NCBI GenBank assembly: GCA_037447605.1
Contig: CM074804.1
Coordinates: forward strand, 3,325,909 to 3,389,908
DNA from: Zygnema circumcarinatum SAG 698-1b
Taxonomy: Eukaryota; Plantae; Zygnematophyceae
Direction of reading: 5' to 3'
Length of the DNA stretch: 64,000 nt
The notes beneath the pieces were generated by a model that did no database searches, had not been told where the DNA came from, and was given only the letters and a program-made list of their open reading frames with translations. This document shows positions 25,733 through 37,899 of the stretch, piece after piece (the first letter of the stretch is position 1; each line of letters begins with the position of its first letter). A program made the translations under genes and the position numbers.

Positions 25733-28700
25733 TTAGCCGACAAGTACATCATCAAGAGAAAAGTCGTGAAGAGGTAGACCTGCGGGTCAATACGAGAAGT
25801 GTTAAAAATACCACCAGTGCATTCACTGAAAACCAGTTGGGCTCCCATTCCCATCACCAAACTCTCGAACTCTTCAAACTGCTGCTGCCCCCCCAGTCAT
25901 CCTACCAAGACGGGCTAGCAACCGAGTGCTAAATGGGAGAAAGGGAAAACCGTAATAAATGAAGCATGTTGCAAATCATGCACTGCTCGCCTCTATGAGC
26001 GCCGGCAGGGCTTAACTTTGGTCAGTTCAGACATTCTTACCTCGCCTCTCCTTCAATAGGTAGAAGGGGAGCAAAACAGCAGATGAGTTCTGGCCGTCCT
26101 CCACTGCAACCGCAGAGTCCGCGTCTCCCCCTAATCGCCCCTTTGTTGCTCTGTTGGTCCGGCCAAGAATGGAGGCACAGATGGCAGGATTCTGCATCAG
26201 CCCGAAATGCTCCCTGGCACGTCTCCCAACTCGTTCATCGAGAAATTGCGACGAGCGAATCACCTGCACGTAAATGACGACACCACTACGACACTTCAGT
26301 CTGTTTTCAACAGCGCTGTTGGTTGATGTCTAGGCGCAAGAGCTCAGACTCAGAGAAACTGCAAACAAGGAGGAAAAACTGGAAAGGGGATGGATAGATT
26401 GTCAGTGAACCTTTACGCACGCACACGGAGCCTGCTATGGTATCAGATTGGAACACAAGGAGAGTAGGACTTCAAGTCGAAAGTGAAAAAAAGCGGTGCA
26501 GGAGCTGAAGGTGGAATGAAAAATTGACACAGAAGTGAAGAGAAAGAAAGATACGACTAGAAGGACAAGAAATCAAACAGAGGCAGGCGAGCAGGAGCAG
26601 AGGATGAGAAGAGGAAGCATGCGAGTAAAAGAGAAGGGCAAGAAAAGTTGGAAGTCTTCCGCCAAAATTGCCAGACGGACAAGCAATCAAAGGTTCTCGT
26701 CAGACTCTTTCCTGAAAATGATGCCAGCAGCGCACCTTAGAGAGGCAGACACGCGCCCGTGGGACGAGCTCCCTATGAGAGGTAGCGAGCTTTGAGAGAG
26801 AGGTGATGGCGAAGCAAAGGAGCCGTGCTCGGCCATAGGCACCTCCCAAGGCCGTAAAGGCCATGTCAGACTCACGGTCCTGCTCAGGGTTTTTGGCTGC
26901 TGCAGTACTGCCAGCAAAAGCAGATAACGTTTCACCAAATGCTCGCCGTCTACCTTACAGACAGGCGTAGTCTCTCCCACTACAACGGGAAGCATGAATG
27001 CGCAAATCATTAAGGTAGTGCGGCGATTTTTGCAGGGTGCTGAGAACTACTGAAATATTTGGCTTTACAACCCAAAGACCTCAGTTCAGAATAGAGGCGC
27101 TCGGGTTGGTGCAGGCAGTACACACTGTGAATTGCGCTTTCAATGGATAATTGGACGCAAACGGAATGGGCTAAACATGCATGCCCAAGTTGCGATTGAG
27201 AGAACTAAAGCTATAAGCTACGTGCAACAATTGAGGATCATGGCTGAGTACCTGGCTGCAAGATTTTCGTATAGAAGGAGCTCTATGGACTCAAATAGTT
27301 GCGTAGCTTCAGCCCTGTATGCAATTCCTCCTCCCGCATGCTCTCCTATCGCCCAGCAGAGATGCATGGCAAATTCTGCCTGCATGCCAATAACACGGCA
27401 TGCATACACGCACACTTCTCAGTCCCCCTACGATGCTTTCGCCTCTGAATAAAATGATAAAATTCTGCCTCATCAGCCGTGCTTTATCACAAAAACGCCA
27501 CCCAACAGAGACGAGCGCAGTTCTGGTTTACCTTAGCAGCCGTCAAAAATGGCTGGCCGATGCAGTCAATTATTGGTTTCTGCTCTACCCAGTCATCCAC
27601 ATGTCATGATCACCACTTCAAGAATCAAAGGATGTATAAAAAAAATCTTCCAGCAGGCAGCAAGGCATACAAACTCGCTCCACTTCACAGTTGATATGCT
27701 GGGAAGCAGAGTGAATGAAGAATTCCAAGCACTTAGAAAAGGCTTTACGCTGCAATGCGTGCACACTTTTCAACCATTCTTGATACAATCTATTCAAAAC
27801 AGGATTTCGGGCGCACTCTGAGCAGTGCAACAAGCCTTGGAGCGCAGTCGAAGATGCTCAAGCTCGCCTCCAAGCACACATGCTGCACCTGCTCCGCCCC
27901 CCCAAAACCCAACCTTTGAGAAATCAGGGAAAGAATCGTAACAGCGTAGGAGGCATGCATGACCACAGACCCCTGCCATATGGGTTCAACAACGGGTAAC
28001 AATTGCGTCCACACCTACTAACGATCTGCAATCCACTCCAGCAGTAATTGTGGCCTCCAAACATTCCTGATGCCATCGCTTCACCATAGTTTTCCAGCAG
28101 TAGTTCAAGAACAACACAAACACCATCAGAAAGGAGGGTAGGACGTATACTTCTTGGCAGAAAGAAGGGTTGGGAAACATGCTGTCTACTCGTTGAAAGA
28201 CCATAGCAAGCAGCGCTGCCAATCTTTCTGGTCGCCCGGCAGTCCACAGCCACAGAAATGCAAAATGGTACATCAGCTTTTGTATGATGAGTTCAAGGAA
28301 AGAGCAAGGGATTAGCGAACAATGTGAAACGTCGTTTTTGCCGTTTTGAAACAATATTATGTGGAACCTCTGAAACTCTGTTCTAAGTCCTAGAGAAGTG
28401 TTTTGGAAGGTAAAAGACTCTCACCATCTTCCACATCCCGCAAAGCAACCTTGAAGTAGATCTGAAGCAGTTTTGGCACAATCTGCATAATACGTTGGAG
28501 ACGCATCGATGGAGGAGAGTCCAAAACTGATGAAAGGGCTTCTGGAAGGCCGGGATATGACCAGTGCCCCTCCTGCAAGCAAATCAAAACACAACATAAG
28601 CGCTTTCTGCGCAAGATGCACATCAGAAAAAAGGGGGTGCTGTCCTGACCTCAACATTCACTCTGAATCACCGACAACGTATACCCCTAAAAGCGCTCTG

Positions 28701-31700
28701 CCCTGCCCGGCATATAAAGTGGATGCTCTCACAGTTAGGCCTTCGTTCTCGTCCTTGAGAAGCTCTTTGAAGAGAGCCGATAAGCTCTCTCTCCCTGACC
28801 TCTCCCCTGCCTCATCCCCCGAGTCCGAGTCGGCCCGCCCTGCCGCGGTGGACCCCGTGTATGCCGCGTCCATGAGGGCAAGGACATCCTGCTCCGCAAA
28901 CACAAGACAACGTTCATAATTTCCTTCTTGACTGCAAGAAGACGCCATACTACGAGTGCACCACCATTGTGCACCTCACGGCTATTAAAGGAGGACGTTA
29001 ACCCTAACGAAGTGGACGTGTTTGCCCGCCTCCATCGCGGCAGTTTGCACCCATTCAAAATCCGACATGTGCCGCGCACAGTTTTTGCAGGGACGGTAAC
29101 TGTCAGTGCAACGACAAAGAGCGATGACAAGAGTGACCCCCTCGCGACCGCGTATTGGTGCGTTGATTTCAAATGGCCATCCGGAGACAGTTGAATCAGA
29201 CGGAAAGCCGACGTAGGATTAACGTTCGTCAAAATGGGGGAGCGCAAAATGGCCAAAATAGGTTGGTTTTGACAGAACAGATCCCAGCAGGCACATATCC
29301 TGGATTCCGAATGTGGTTATCCAAATAAAGCCCCGCGTACTCGCAGTAAAAACAGAGTTCTGAACACTTACTTCAGGAGCAGGCGGCTTTGGAGCTGCAG
29401 AGGGGCCCTCTCCCGGCAAGCCTCCTGCAGTCTTCTGGAAGTCCTCCAGAGCGAGCACGAGTGCTAGGGACCCCTCCCACTCCTGCCATTGTCATCTCCT
29501 GACTACTCTCACTGAAGGCAGTTCGCAGCATGCAAGCAAGAGATGCTAGCATGATGGAAGACTTAAATGTTGCAACCGGACTAAAAAGTGCTTCGGTGGC
29601 AAAGCACATGGCCACCAAAGCAATTCTTTCTTGCAAATAATGCCGCGCAGCAAGTACTGGGAAAAGGAGAAGAGAGGACTCGGTAGGAATGCTTACTAGG
29701 TAGATCTAGCAGGCTGGGATACAGGGGAAGGAACGAGCCAGGGGCCACTATGGCGGGAAAGAGGTCGAGCATGTCTGCATCCACTCTGCACCCTTTACAG
29801 CAGCAGCATAAGGATGGTGCTCACTGGAATTGGAGAGGGCAATGGCAGAGTCATCTCTAAACAGAACAGACGCCAAGAAGCTGCCAAGAACATGCATTCA
29901 GAAATGGCATCGATGAAGGCAGCACCGACAGCTGAATACTGGTAAAGAAAAGAACCACTGTATCTCTTGACGAGCACAAACTCAACTGTTTCAGTAAGAC
30001 GAAGAACCATCATCCGAGACCTCAAGGTTGCTGAATGACATAGTCAAGAAAATAGTTGAGATAATGAGGTTTGCACATGGTTTCAGATGTAGCTTATCTG
30101 ACTGGTCAAGATTGCTTTAATATAAAAGCACTTACCTGGGAGAGTGCCATGCTTGGATCTTTAATAGCAGGGGAAAGTACTGCTTCCACACTTCCCCGAC
30201 CACCAAACATTAGAGCAAGAGTTGGTTTAAGAAACAACGAACAACAACAAAAACTTCCAAGTATTGAAAGATTCGTCCAAAGATTCAAGACCAAAGCAAC
30301 CTGCGAGCACTATCAGTTCTCGCATTAAACAAAAGTAAGAAAAGCAAAGTAAAGTAAGGTTGAATGACAGCAAACCCTCAGTTCACATAAGCGGAACTGT
30401 GTAAGCCATAGAGACTATGCACCTGGGGCAGGATGGCCGGGCAGGATGCTAATAGCTTGGCTTTCTGCTGATTCAAGAATTTGACCACCAGCGCAGCCAC
30501 CACAGGGTCTCCGTACTGCCTGCCTTTCCAAACAGATTCAAAGCAGAGTTGGTCTTGCGGTTTCCTTTCCCTAGCAAGCTTGTCTGCTGTGACCTCAATA
30601 GGTTCGTTGCACTGCGGACACCATGACTTGCACACTTAGGGATGAAACCATTTGCTCCAAGTCAGATACCCGTGAAAAGAGGCAAAAACGCTATTGATCG
30701 ACGAGGCTTAAATTTAAGGGAATGCAGATTCACTCCAATGTGGATAAACTAGAGGCAAGGTCACATGGACGAGGAGAAGGAGAATGTAGGATTCTCCCTA
30801 GTTCAACTAATAGTCGTAAAAGTGTTGAAAAGCAATGGTTCACAGAGTCCAATGACGTGATCAGCCTCTGATAGACAATCTTTAAGCAGGAATGGACAAC
30901 GTGAAAATGGCATTTGTCTCTAGTTAAGTTCATCAAAATGAAAACACCTTCCTCACGGAATACTGACAGCCGTTTACTTTTATGCCATCAAGACCATGGA
31001 CTCGTGCTTTATTGTAGGCAAGTGCACATATAGATAACGACTACCCTTATGAAACCTCTTAGCAACGACTTGGAAGGTGTTCTGTGAGCTGGTCAAGGGA
31101 CTTGCCTCGCCAAGAACGATCGAAAAAATGCATGAAAACTTTTGTCAGCTTCGTGAACCACTTCCTCGCCAAATGTGAGGTAAAATTGCAGAACTGCCTG
31201 GCCAAGCCGAGGTTAAATGCCAAACAGTAGCCAGGCATTAAACAATGAACAAGTGAATGGAAAAAAAAAAAAAAAAACTAAAAATTGAACATAAAATGAA
31301 CCAATACCATGCCAATTGACACAGAGATCTCCATATACCTCGCTAAACCGCAATTAGATAGCCATGAGAGCGTATGAGAGCCACCCGTGTCAGAGTGCTC
31401 CAGAGCGTCTACGATAAGCATAAATGAACCTCTTTTGAGTTCCAAAAGACTACTTTCTTTGTTCCTTGGCCAACCCCGAAATAATATATCACAAAGTACG
31501 AAGTTGCAAGATTTGAGCAATTGGATGCACACCTGATCCTTATGACTGAATTGAGTGGGACGACTACATTATTTTGAACTTGCATTGCACAGCAGAGATT
31601 GGCCCAAAGACATGCTATTTACATTAATGAATTGTTCGCATTACCAACCAGAAGAACGTGAACGCTATTGGGAGTAAGCGCACTTTGCGCTAACGTGCGT

Positions 31701-32019
31701 TGAAAAGTGCGAGACAAGCCTGGTAACACGCGAGCCAGTAAGTCAGGCTGCTCTTGTGAGAGACACGCCTCCTGAAGCTGCTCAACCTGCAAAATGAAAC
31801 ATGCCCTGTCCAGAACCTTAAGGACCAGCGGAATCCCACAACTCCGCTCTCGCAGGTAACAGAAACGCAGCCATACAAAAGTACGCGAGGAGAAAGCGCG
31901 AGAGAGAGGGAGCCCACCGCCTGAGAGAGAGCGGCGTCGGTCTCCGTGGAAGGAATTGGCGCAGCGGGGCGCGCGAGCAGCGCGAGGAGGCGGAGGCTGC
32001 TCGCTGTGTCGGCAGCCAT
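25733..32019 (-). CDS. AP5Z1: AP-5 complex subunit zeta-1, multi-exon
   Basis: Plant AP5Z1-like blocks: YGDPVVA..FLNQQKAKLLASCPAILPQ, FLPLYPSLLDLP, VLALMDAAYTGST, LCWAIGEHAGGG..LFESIELLLYENL, RLLCFAITSLSKLATSHRELVPRARVCLSK, and LPFYLLKERR|GLPLHDFSLDDVLVG*. Confidence 0.88.
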
Positions 32020-32217
32020 GGCGCCCACCCCCGCCTCTCCTTCCCTCGCCGCGGCCCTATGGATGGCTCGTCCTGCTGAGGGCCGGCTCACAGGGGTGTG
32101 CGGGGGGGGGCGCTCCCCGGCAGCTTCTGCGAGGAGGACGAAGCTGATGTCGCCGGGTGCGAGGAGGACAGGCTCACACTTTTGGGCTTTCAAATCTCAC
32201 AAGAGAGGGATAGTAGA

Positions 32218-32608
32218 AAGGAAGTGGCATTGATCTCACGATGGCGATGATGCCATCAAATGTACATGAACAACATCAGCATGGGAAACCACGAGAAACT
32301 GGTCGCAAAGGACCTTAGGACAAAAGGGTTTCAATGCCATTTTCTTTTAGCTTGGAAATCCCAACAATATTTAACGTGGAACTTTAGAGTTCCTCAGGAA
32401 TCCTGAGAAAGGACTAAAACACTTAATACGTGAACCCCCAAGTCTTCGTTTAAGTCTTTGAACGATAGTGCTAGTGCAAACTTAGTGGAAGTTAAAATTG
32501 GAGGAAAAAACCGCCTGCATGTTGCACTCTCTTGGTACAAGCTGGACTTGCGTGCCCTTTTTATTTGATGGCCTCGCCATCGTGAGTTCAATGCCATTTT
32601 CTTTCCCC
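32218..32608. mobile_element. MITE-like element: repeat-family copy B (+, 32218-32327) facing copy D (-, 32563-32608) as ~45-bp terminal inverted repeats
   Basis: The left end reads gtggcattgatctcacgatggcgatgatgccatcaaat. The right end reverse-complements to atggcattgaactcacgatggcgaggccatcaaat. The 18-mer ttcaatgccattttcttt occurs at both 32330 and 32587. Confidence 0.65.
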
Positions 32609-33443
32609 TTTGTATCACTCATTGGTCGTAGTCGAGAATACCGTTGCTTCCAGACGTAGATGATTCAGGAAACACGCATGAATGGCCGTTGGAGTTTTAT
32701 GTAGATGGTTCTTGGACGAGGATACAAATGGCCGACGGCCGGAGTTGGTCGCAGATGGTCGTTGGCACGAGGCATGCGGCAAAAGAGACGACCCGCTCAC
32801 TGCCTACTTCCTATAGGGGTTGCGACTCTGGGCAGCCTGCCACTGGTGGTTGCCTGCTTGGACACAAGCTGCACTTGCCTTTCCGTAAGGAATCCCACAC
32901 CCTTCCTCATAAAAGGAGGAGCCAGTAAAGAGACCCTAAGCACTCGCAACATCGAAGGCAATACACGGCATTGCCGTTGCTGTCCTCACGTTTCAGGCGA
33001 AGATGACTTGTAGTAAGCCAATCCATGGGGTCAGGAAGCACTCTCGGTCGATGGCACTACAAGGTACAGTATCACGGCGGTCCGTGGACACCTTTCACTA
33101 TCGAGGATCGATGACAAAAATCCCGTTCAAAAATGTTGCTCATAGGCAGTAAAGCCTGCGAACCAACGCAAGACAGAGCATCTACAAGAAACTTGACTCA
33201 CATACTTTACATGGCTACCCTAAGAGGACTGTGACGTCCTGACAAGGTAGGCCCTACGCACACAAAATTTACATCGATTACAATCATGCTACTACGCACT
33301 TCCCTAATGGCAAATATTATCCGCGGCTGTTCCTCTCGGTGCGCCTGTCACGTGAGGGTATGCACAAAGACGCCTCTAAGCAACTCCACCTCTAATAATA
33401 TGTACATCAAGAATGCGCCCGCAAGGCGCTTCTTCTCTTCTGT

Positions 33444-36400
33444 CTAGCGGCGGCTTCTGACAAGGCCTCGTCCCTGATGGACCAACTCTTCCAGCATTTC
33501 ATTCTTTTGGGTGACACTCTCGAAGTGGAATCGACGGCCATGGCCTGCCCACCACACAGACAGAATGGCATTCCACTTTCAATCAAGAGGCAGGTGTTGC
33601 CTCACAATTGCTTGCAAAAGCTTTAGCTTCACAGGTGTTCCCCTGATCATTTCGAACTCGAAGACGACACAAGGAAAAGGTTTTTACATGCTCACGTAAG
33701 AAGGCCCAAGTCTGCTAACTTCCACCAAGAGAAGCTTATGAATGCAGATAACCTGCCCACCTGGTAGAAGCCACACGAAATCCTCTGCCAGCAGCTTTCT
33801 CACACTCTCCAATTGCTTTTCCACTGCAGCCCATTTCCCACAGTAGAGCTGTCAATTCAAACATAGATTTACCGAAGCTGCATGTCGCTTACTTTCAATG
33901 CGAAACTACAGCACGACATCACTCTGCTGCATTCACATAGATGCGTCCAATATAACCATCTGAAAAGAAACAGTACTAGCTTCCAGCATGTTTGAAAAAG
34001 CCAAGATGCCATAGCAGATCATTCGTGTAAAGGAACAAGTATTCCGACACTCCACTAAGAGTATGCAACGGGGTCTCGTGAAAAACGACCAGTCCGGCAA
34101 CTACAGAAACAATGCACAGCCTGCCACAAGTATCTCCCAAAATGCCTTCATTATTTGTGCAAGAGTTGTGCAAGATCATGGAAACAGGCTGCAATACCTC
34201 CGTCACGATTATACATGGGAAAGATGCTCAGCCCCCCATCCTCTGATAAGGCCAAGTGATCGCCTGAGAAGAGAACCTTCCCTGGTTTGTAGAGAAGGCA
34301 TACAGATCCCTGCCAGAGTGAGCATTCCCCACCAATACTACAGAAACTTTTGTTAGAATTTGAAAGGGAATATACATATTATTGACATTGAACTATCGTT
34401 TTTATCCATTCATATCAAGTCTATAAATTCACAAATCCATCTAAAATGATTCATACCATGTGTTAGTCAAAAGGCCTTTCATCGCATTGTCCCAAACAAT
34501 CCACAAGTGTTCATCATCCCAGCTCCTAGACAGACTCAACACAGACACAAACGTGAGGCGCTCTCTCAGGTTATTTCTTTGAAACCCTCCTTTTGTTGCC
34601 AACCTTCAGCTCATTATTGTTTTGCTCAAACAGTACAATCTCCTCAACTTACCTCTGTATGCCCGGCTGTTAAGATTAAGTCGACATCCGGACCCAGCCT
34701 CCATGGCCCGGAGCCCTTAAGCTTCATCTCCACACCCGCCGTGCCGGACTGCACCTCCTCTTCATGCAATATCCGTTGGCATTGAAACCTAGCAGCCCAC
34801 TTAGCATGGTCTGCAATGTCATCTCTGCAGCCCCCAGCATCAGGCACTCCTCTGAGGACCCAACAGGATAATTACCATCAACAATCGAGCAAAGCACCCA
34901 GTAAACCATAGTGCAGTATCTGTCGAAGAATCACCAAATACTCTTTTTCATGCGTCAATGCCGACAAATGTCCAGAGGAAGGACGAGCATGCCTGTGTGA
35001 GAGGAACATGTAGCGAACACCTCCCAGCTCATCGAGTCTGTCAGCAAGCTGCACAGTATAGCGGGGACTGTCGATCAGGATATTGCCGTCAGGACGACGA
35101 AGAAAGTATGATGTGGCGCCGTAGGAGTGCTTTGAGTGGTAGCCGCAATGGTACACGTTGGAGAGCGAGGAAGGATCAACCAACAGAGGGAAGGTGGCAT
35201 GCGCTGCTCCAATGTCCGTGGGAGGACTCGAGGTGTGGATAGACGCCGTAGGGCATGCCAGTAATGACTGAAACGCTCAGCAGAAACCACAGAGAGGATT
35301 TTTCTCAGCAAAATAACGTGGAGACAGGCCCAGCAGCAAATGGAATAAAGGACTGGACACTGTTACACTTTTTCTCCTGGTAGAAACCCATGACCTCCGC
35401 CCAAAACAGTGAATAGCACCCAGAAAAATGTATGAAATGTACGACTAGTCTTCACCTGCAGTGCCTTCATTCGGTCCTCAGGAGAATCGGGTTGACGATG
35501 AACCGCGGACATATAGCCTTTTCTAGAAAACACTTCGGGCGCCATCCACCTGCAGGTGTCGCAATCGATGCAAGTGTGGTCCACGTAGAACTCCCCCGCC
35601 ACATTTTCGGGGCGTGGTGCCCTGGAGTCTCTCCCTGAAGCGCGGATTCCATTGACAGGAAAATGCTGGACAGTAGGTCTTTTCTGCAGCGCAAACAATT
35701 GCAAGAGGCCAGTCAGATCAGCTAAATTAATAATATACAACAGAATGTCACGTCCACTGACTGTCATACCTAGAGGAACTTGAGAAGCGTCCCAAATTAA
35801 TCAGGCTCCGTAAAGGGGCAAGAAGAAGGGAGCCTGACGTGCAATTATGAAAGCTGAGTCTGACAGAAGATCAAGGTTTACCCTAACTTAGTACAAATTC
35901 ACTTCCTTCGAAAAGCCATTCCTTCATCTAAATTACAAACGATACAGCGAAGTAATCAAAAAGGTAAACAATGGGAAATGCAAAAAAAATTGTCTCGTCA
36001 AGGGCACGCGATAAAATAGCTTTAGTTCCTCAATCAAGAATAAATAGTTGTGCGTGCAGAGTTAACGAATCGTGAGGACTAAGCGATACGGAAATCCGTC
36101 AAGTGGATATGCAAAACTGGCTCTCAAAGAAGAATTCACCAGTACATCTCCCGTAATTAACATTAAAGCCCATCTTAAAAAATGGTAACATCAAAGAAAA
36201 AGAAACAGGAGTAACGATGACAGTGCCAATCTCAAGGAGGAGGAGGAAGTAAAGTGCCAATGCTTTGGTCACATTTGGAAAAATCGAATTGGAAAGCAGC
36301 TCATGAGTGCTCAATGAAAGGAGATCACACAGTGGAGCCCTTCGCAAATAGATTTAACTTTTGACCGCAGCGTACAATACTGAGAATAAATGTCTTTCGG

Positions 36401-36973
36401 TTTCCCGCTTGCTTCGACTTCAAGTCACCGCACATCACTTTGGAACGACTGAGTCTGAAACGTGAATAAGTTGAGGTGTTTCCCGTGGAAGAGTTAAATC
36501 CGATAACAGCGAGCTTGCAGAAAAAATTGTGAAAGAAAAGAAGTGGAATAGAAGATGCAATTTGGCACCAAGTTAATTGCTTTGGGACAGAGTAGCATGC
36601 CACAGCTAGTTCAGGCAAAGGGACTGTCTAAACAAGCTGTTTATACTAAATGCGACCTCTCAAGCCCTTTTGATGATATGGTGCACTTAACCATGACTGT
36701 CACTCTCCTCTCCATAATTGCCACGATTCGTGTCTTTCTGCGTACCTGCGCAGGCTGAAAGCTTTTTGGAAACTCCCTCACTCCGTGGCTTATGCCAGCC
36801 CCATTTCCGCTTCTCCTGAAAAAATCCTTCAACGAAGAAGAGGACGAACAGCCGCTTGCAACTACCAAAGCGTTGCCATGTTTGGCAGTGCAAGTAATAG
36901 AAGTCAATGGCGCAGAGAACGCGCAAGCCTGCGAGGCTCCTGCGTAGGAGAGACCAACAGGAGAGGCCACCAT
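33444..36973 (-). CDS. Plastid-targeted 4Fe-4S (single-cluster) ferredoxin + metallo-beta-lactamase fold fusion, cyanobacterial type
   Basis: Ser/Ala-rich leader from ATG 36973, then RPENVAGEFYVDHTCIDCDTCRWMAPEVF, ALLSCP, VYHCGYHSKHSYGATSY, SHR|DDIADH, TAGHTE, LFSGDHL and WLLPG|HGRR; TAG at 33444-33446. Confidence 0.9.
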
Positions 36974-37035
36974 GGCTATTCCCAGTCTGCGACTGCCGAG
37001 CGGCAAGCCGCTGCCTTGACAATCGGCCCTCCTTG

Positions 37036-37117
37036 TGACGTCAGACGAGGGCCGCCTCCGAGCGCAGCCGCAGAGGAAACAGCGCCGAGCGCCACCTGCA
37101 AGGCCGGCGTGACGTCA
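37036..37117. promoter_or_regulatory. Two palindromic TGACGTCA (C-box/CRE-type bZIP) sites upstream of the ferredoxin-MBL gene
   Basis: TGACGTCA at 37036-37043 and 37110-37117, in a GC-rich island 60-140 bp from the ATG. Confidence 0.5.
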
Positions 37118-37899
37118 CACACTGCGAAAGGGCCTGCCGTGCGAGAGCGGTGGCACAAGACCGGCGGTTGACATCAGCAGCAATCTTTACCGAGCAGCCA
37201 TGGGGCCCGCCTCAGGCGGCGACGTGGAGAGGTGCGCAGCTACAAGGGGAGGAAGGAGCGGAGAGGAGATGGTGAAGAGGTCATCGATTGCGCGGCTTTA
37301 TGCTTCAAAATGGCAGTAGAGCAGTGTGCTGCTGTTTTTGAAGTCGTCCAGTTCACTTTGGATGGAGAGCTGTGCTCAGTGCAGCAGAGGGTGAATCTAG
37401 GCTGACCCGCCATCCACTCCATGCAGGCTTCACTGCAGTGCGTGACCCTGTATACATAGGTTACGAAGAGAGCCACTGACAGGCAGGCCCAGTGCAGTTC
37501 GTCAGTCGCCAGAGGAGCCTGGCCATGGTCTCGGAGGGGGCCCTGGTGGACGTGGTGGCTTTGGAGGTGAGAGGAGCAGAAGCTTTTGTAAAGCACCACT
37601 TTCCATAATGTGCCGACCAGCAGCTAGGAAATTGTTCGACTCGGCTAAAGCTGTGGCCAAGCTGGGTGGGACGCTTTTCTTCAGAGAAAGGAAATGATGG
37701 ACACAATGTCTGATTGCGCAATGAGGCCTTGCGTGCGCGAAGAGGATTAAGGTAACAAGGTCGCCAAAGTGCGCCAGTTTTGCAGGGCGCACAGTCAGTC
37801 ATCCATTCAGAAGCTGCAGCCATTGTGTTACATTGGAGGTGCAAGGAATTCCTGATAACAGATAGGCACCAACTATCTCCATGCTCGCCATCATACAAA

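Noticed and set aside
32644-32928. Retroelement RNase H remnant (FYVDGSW)
   Set aside because: Only a five-residue resemblance; no further RNase H or RT motifs and no flanking ORF.
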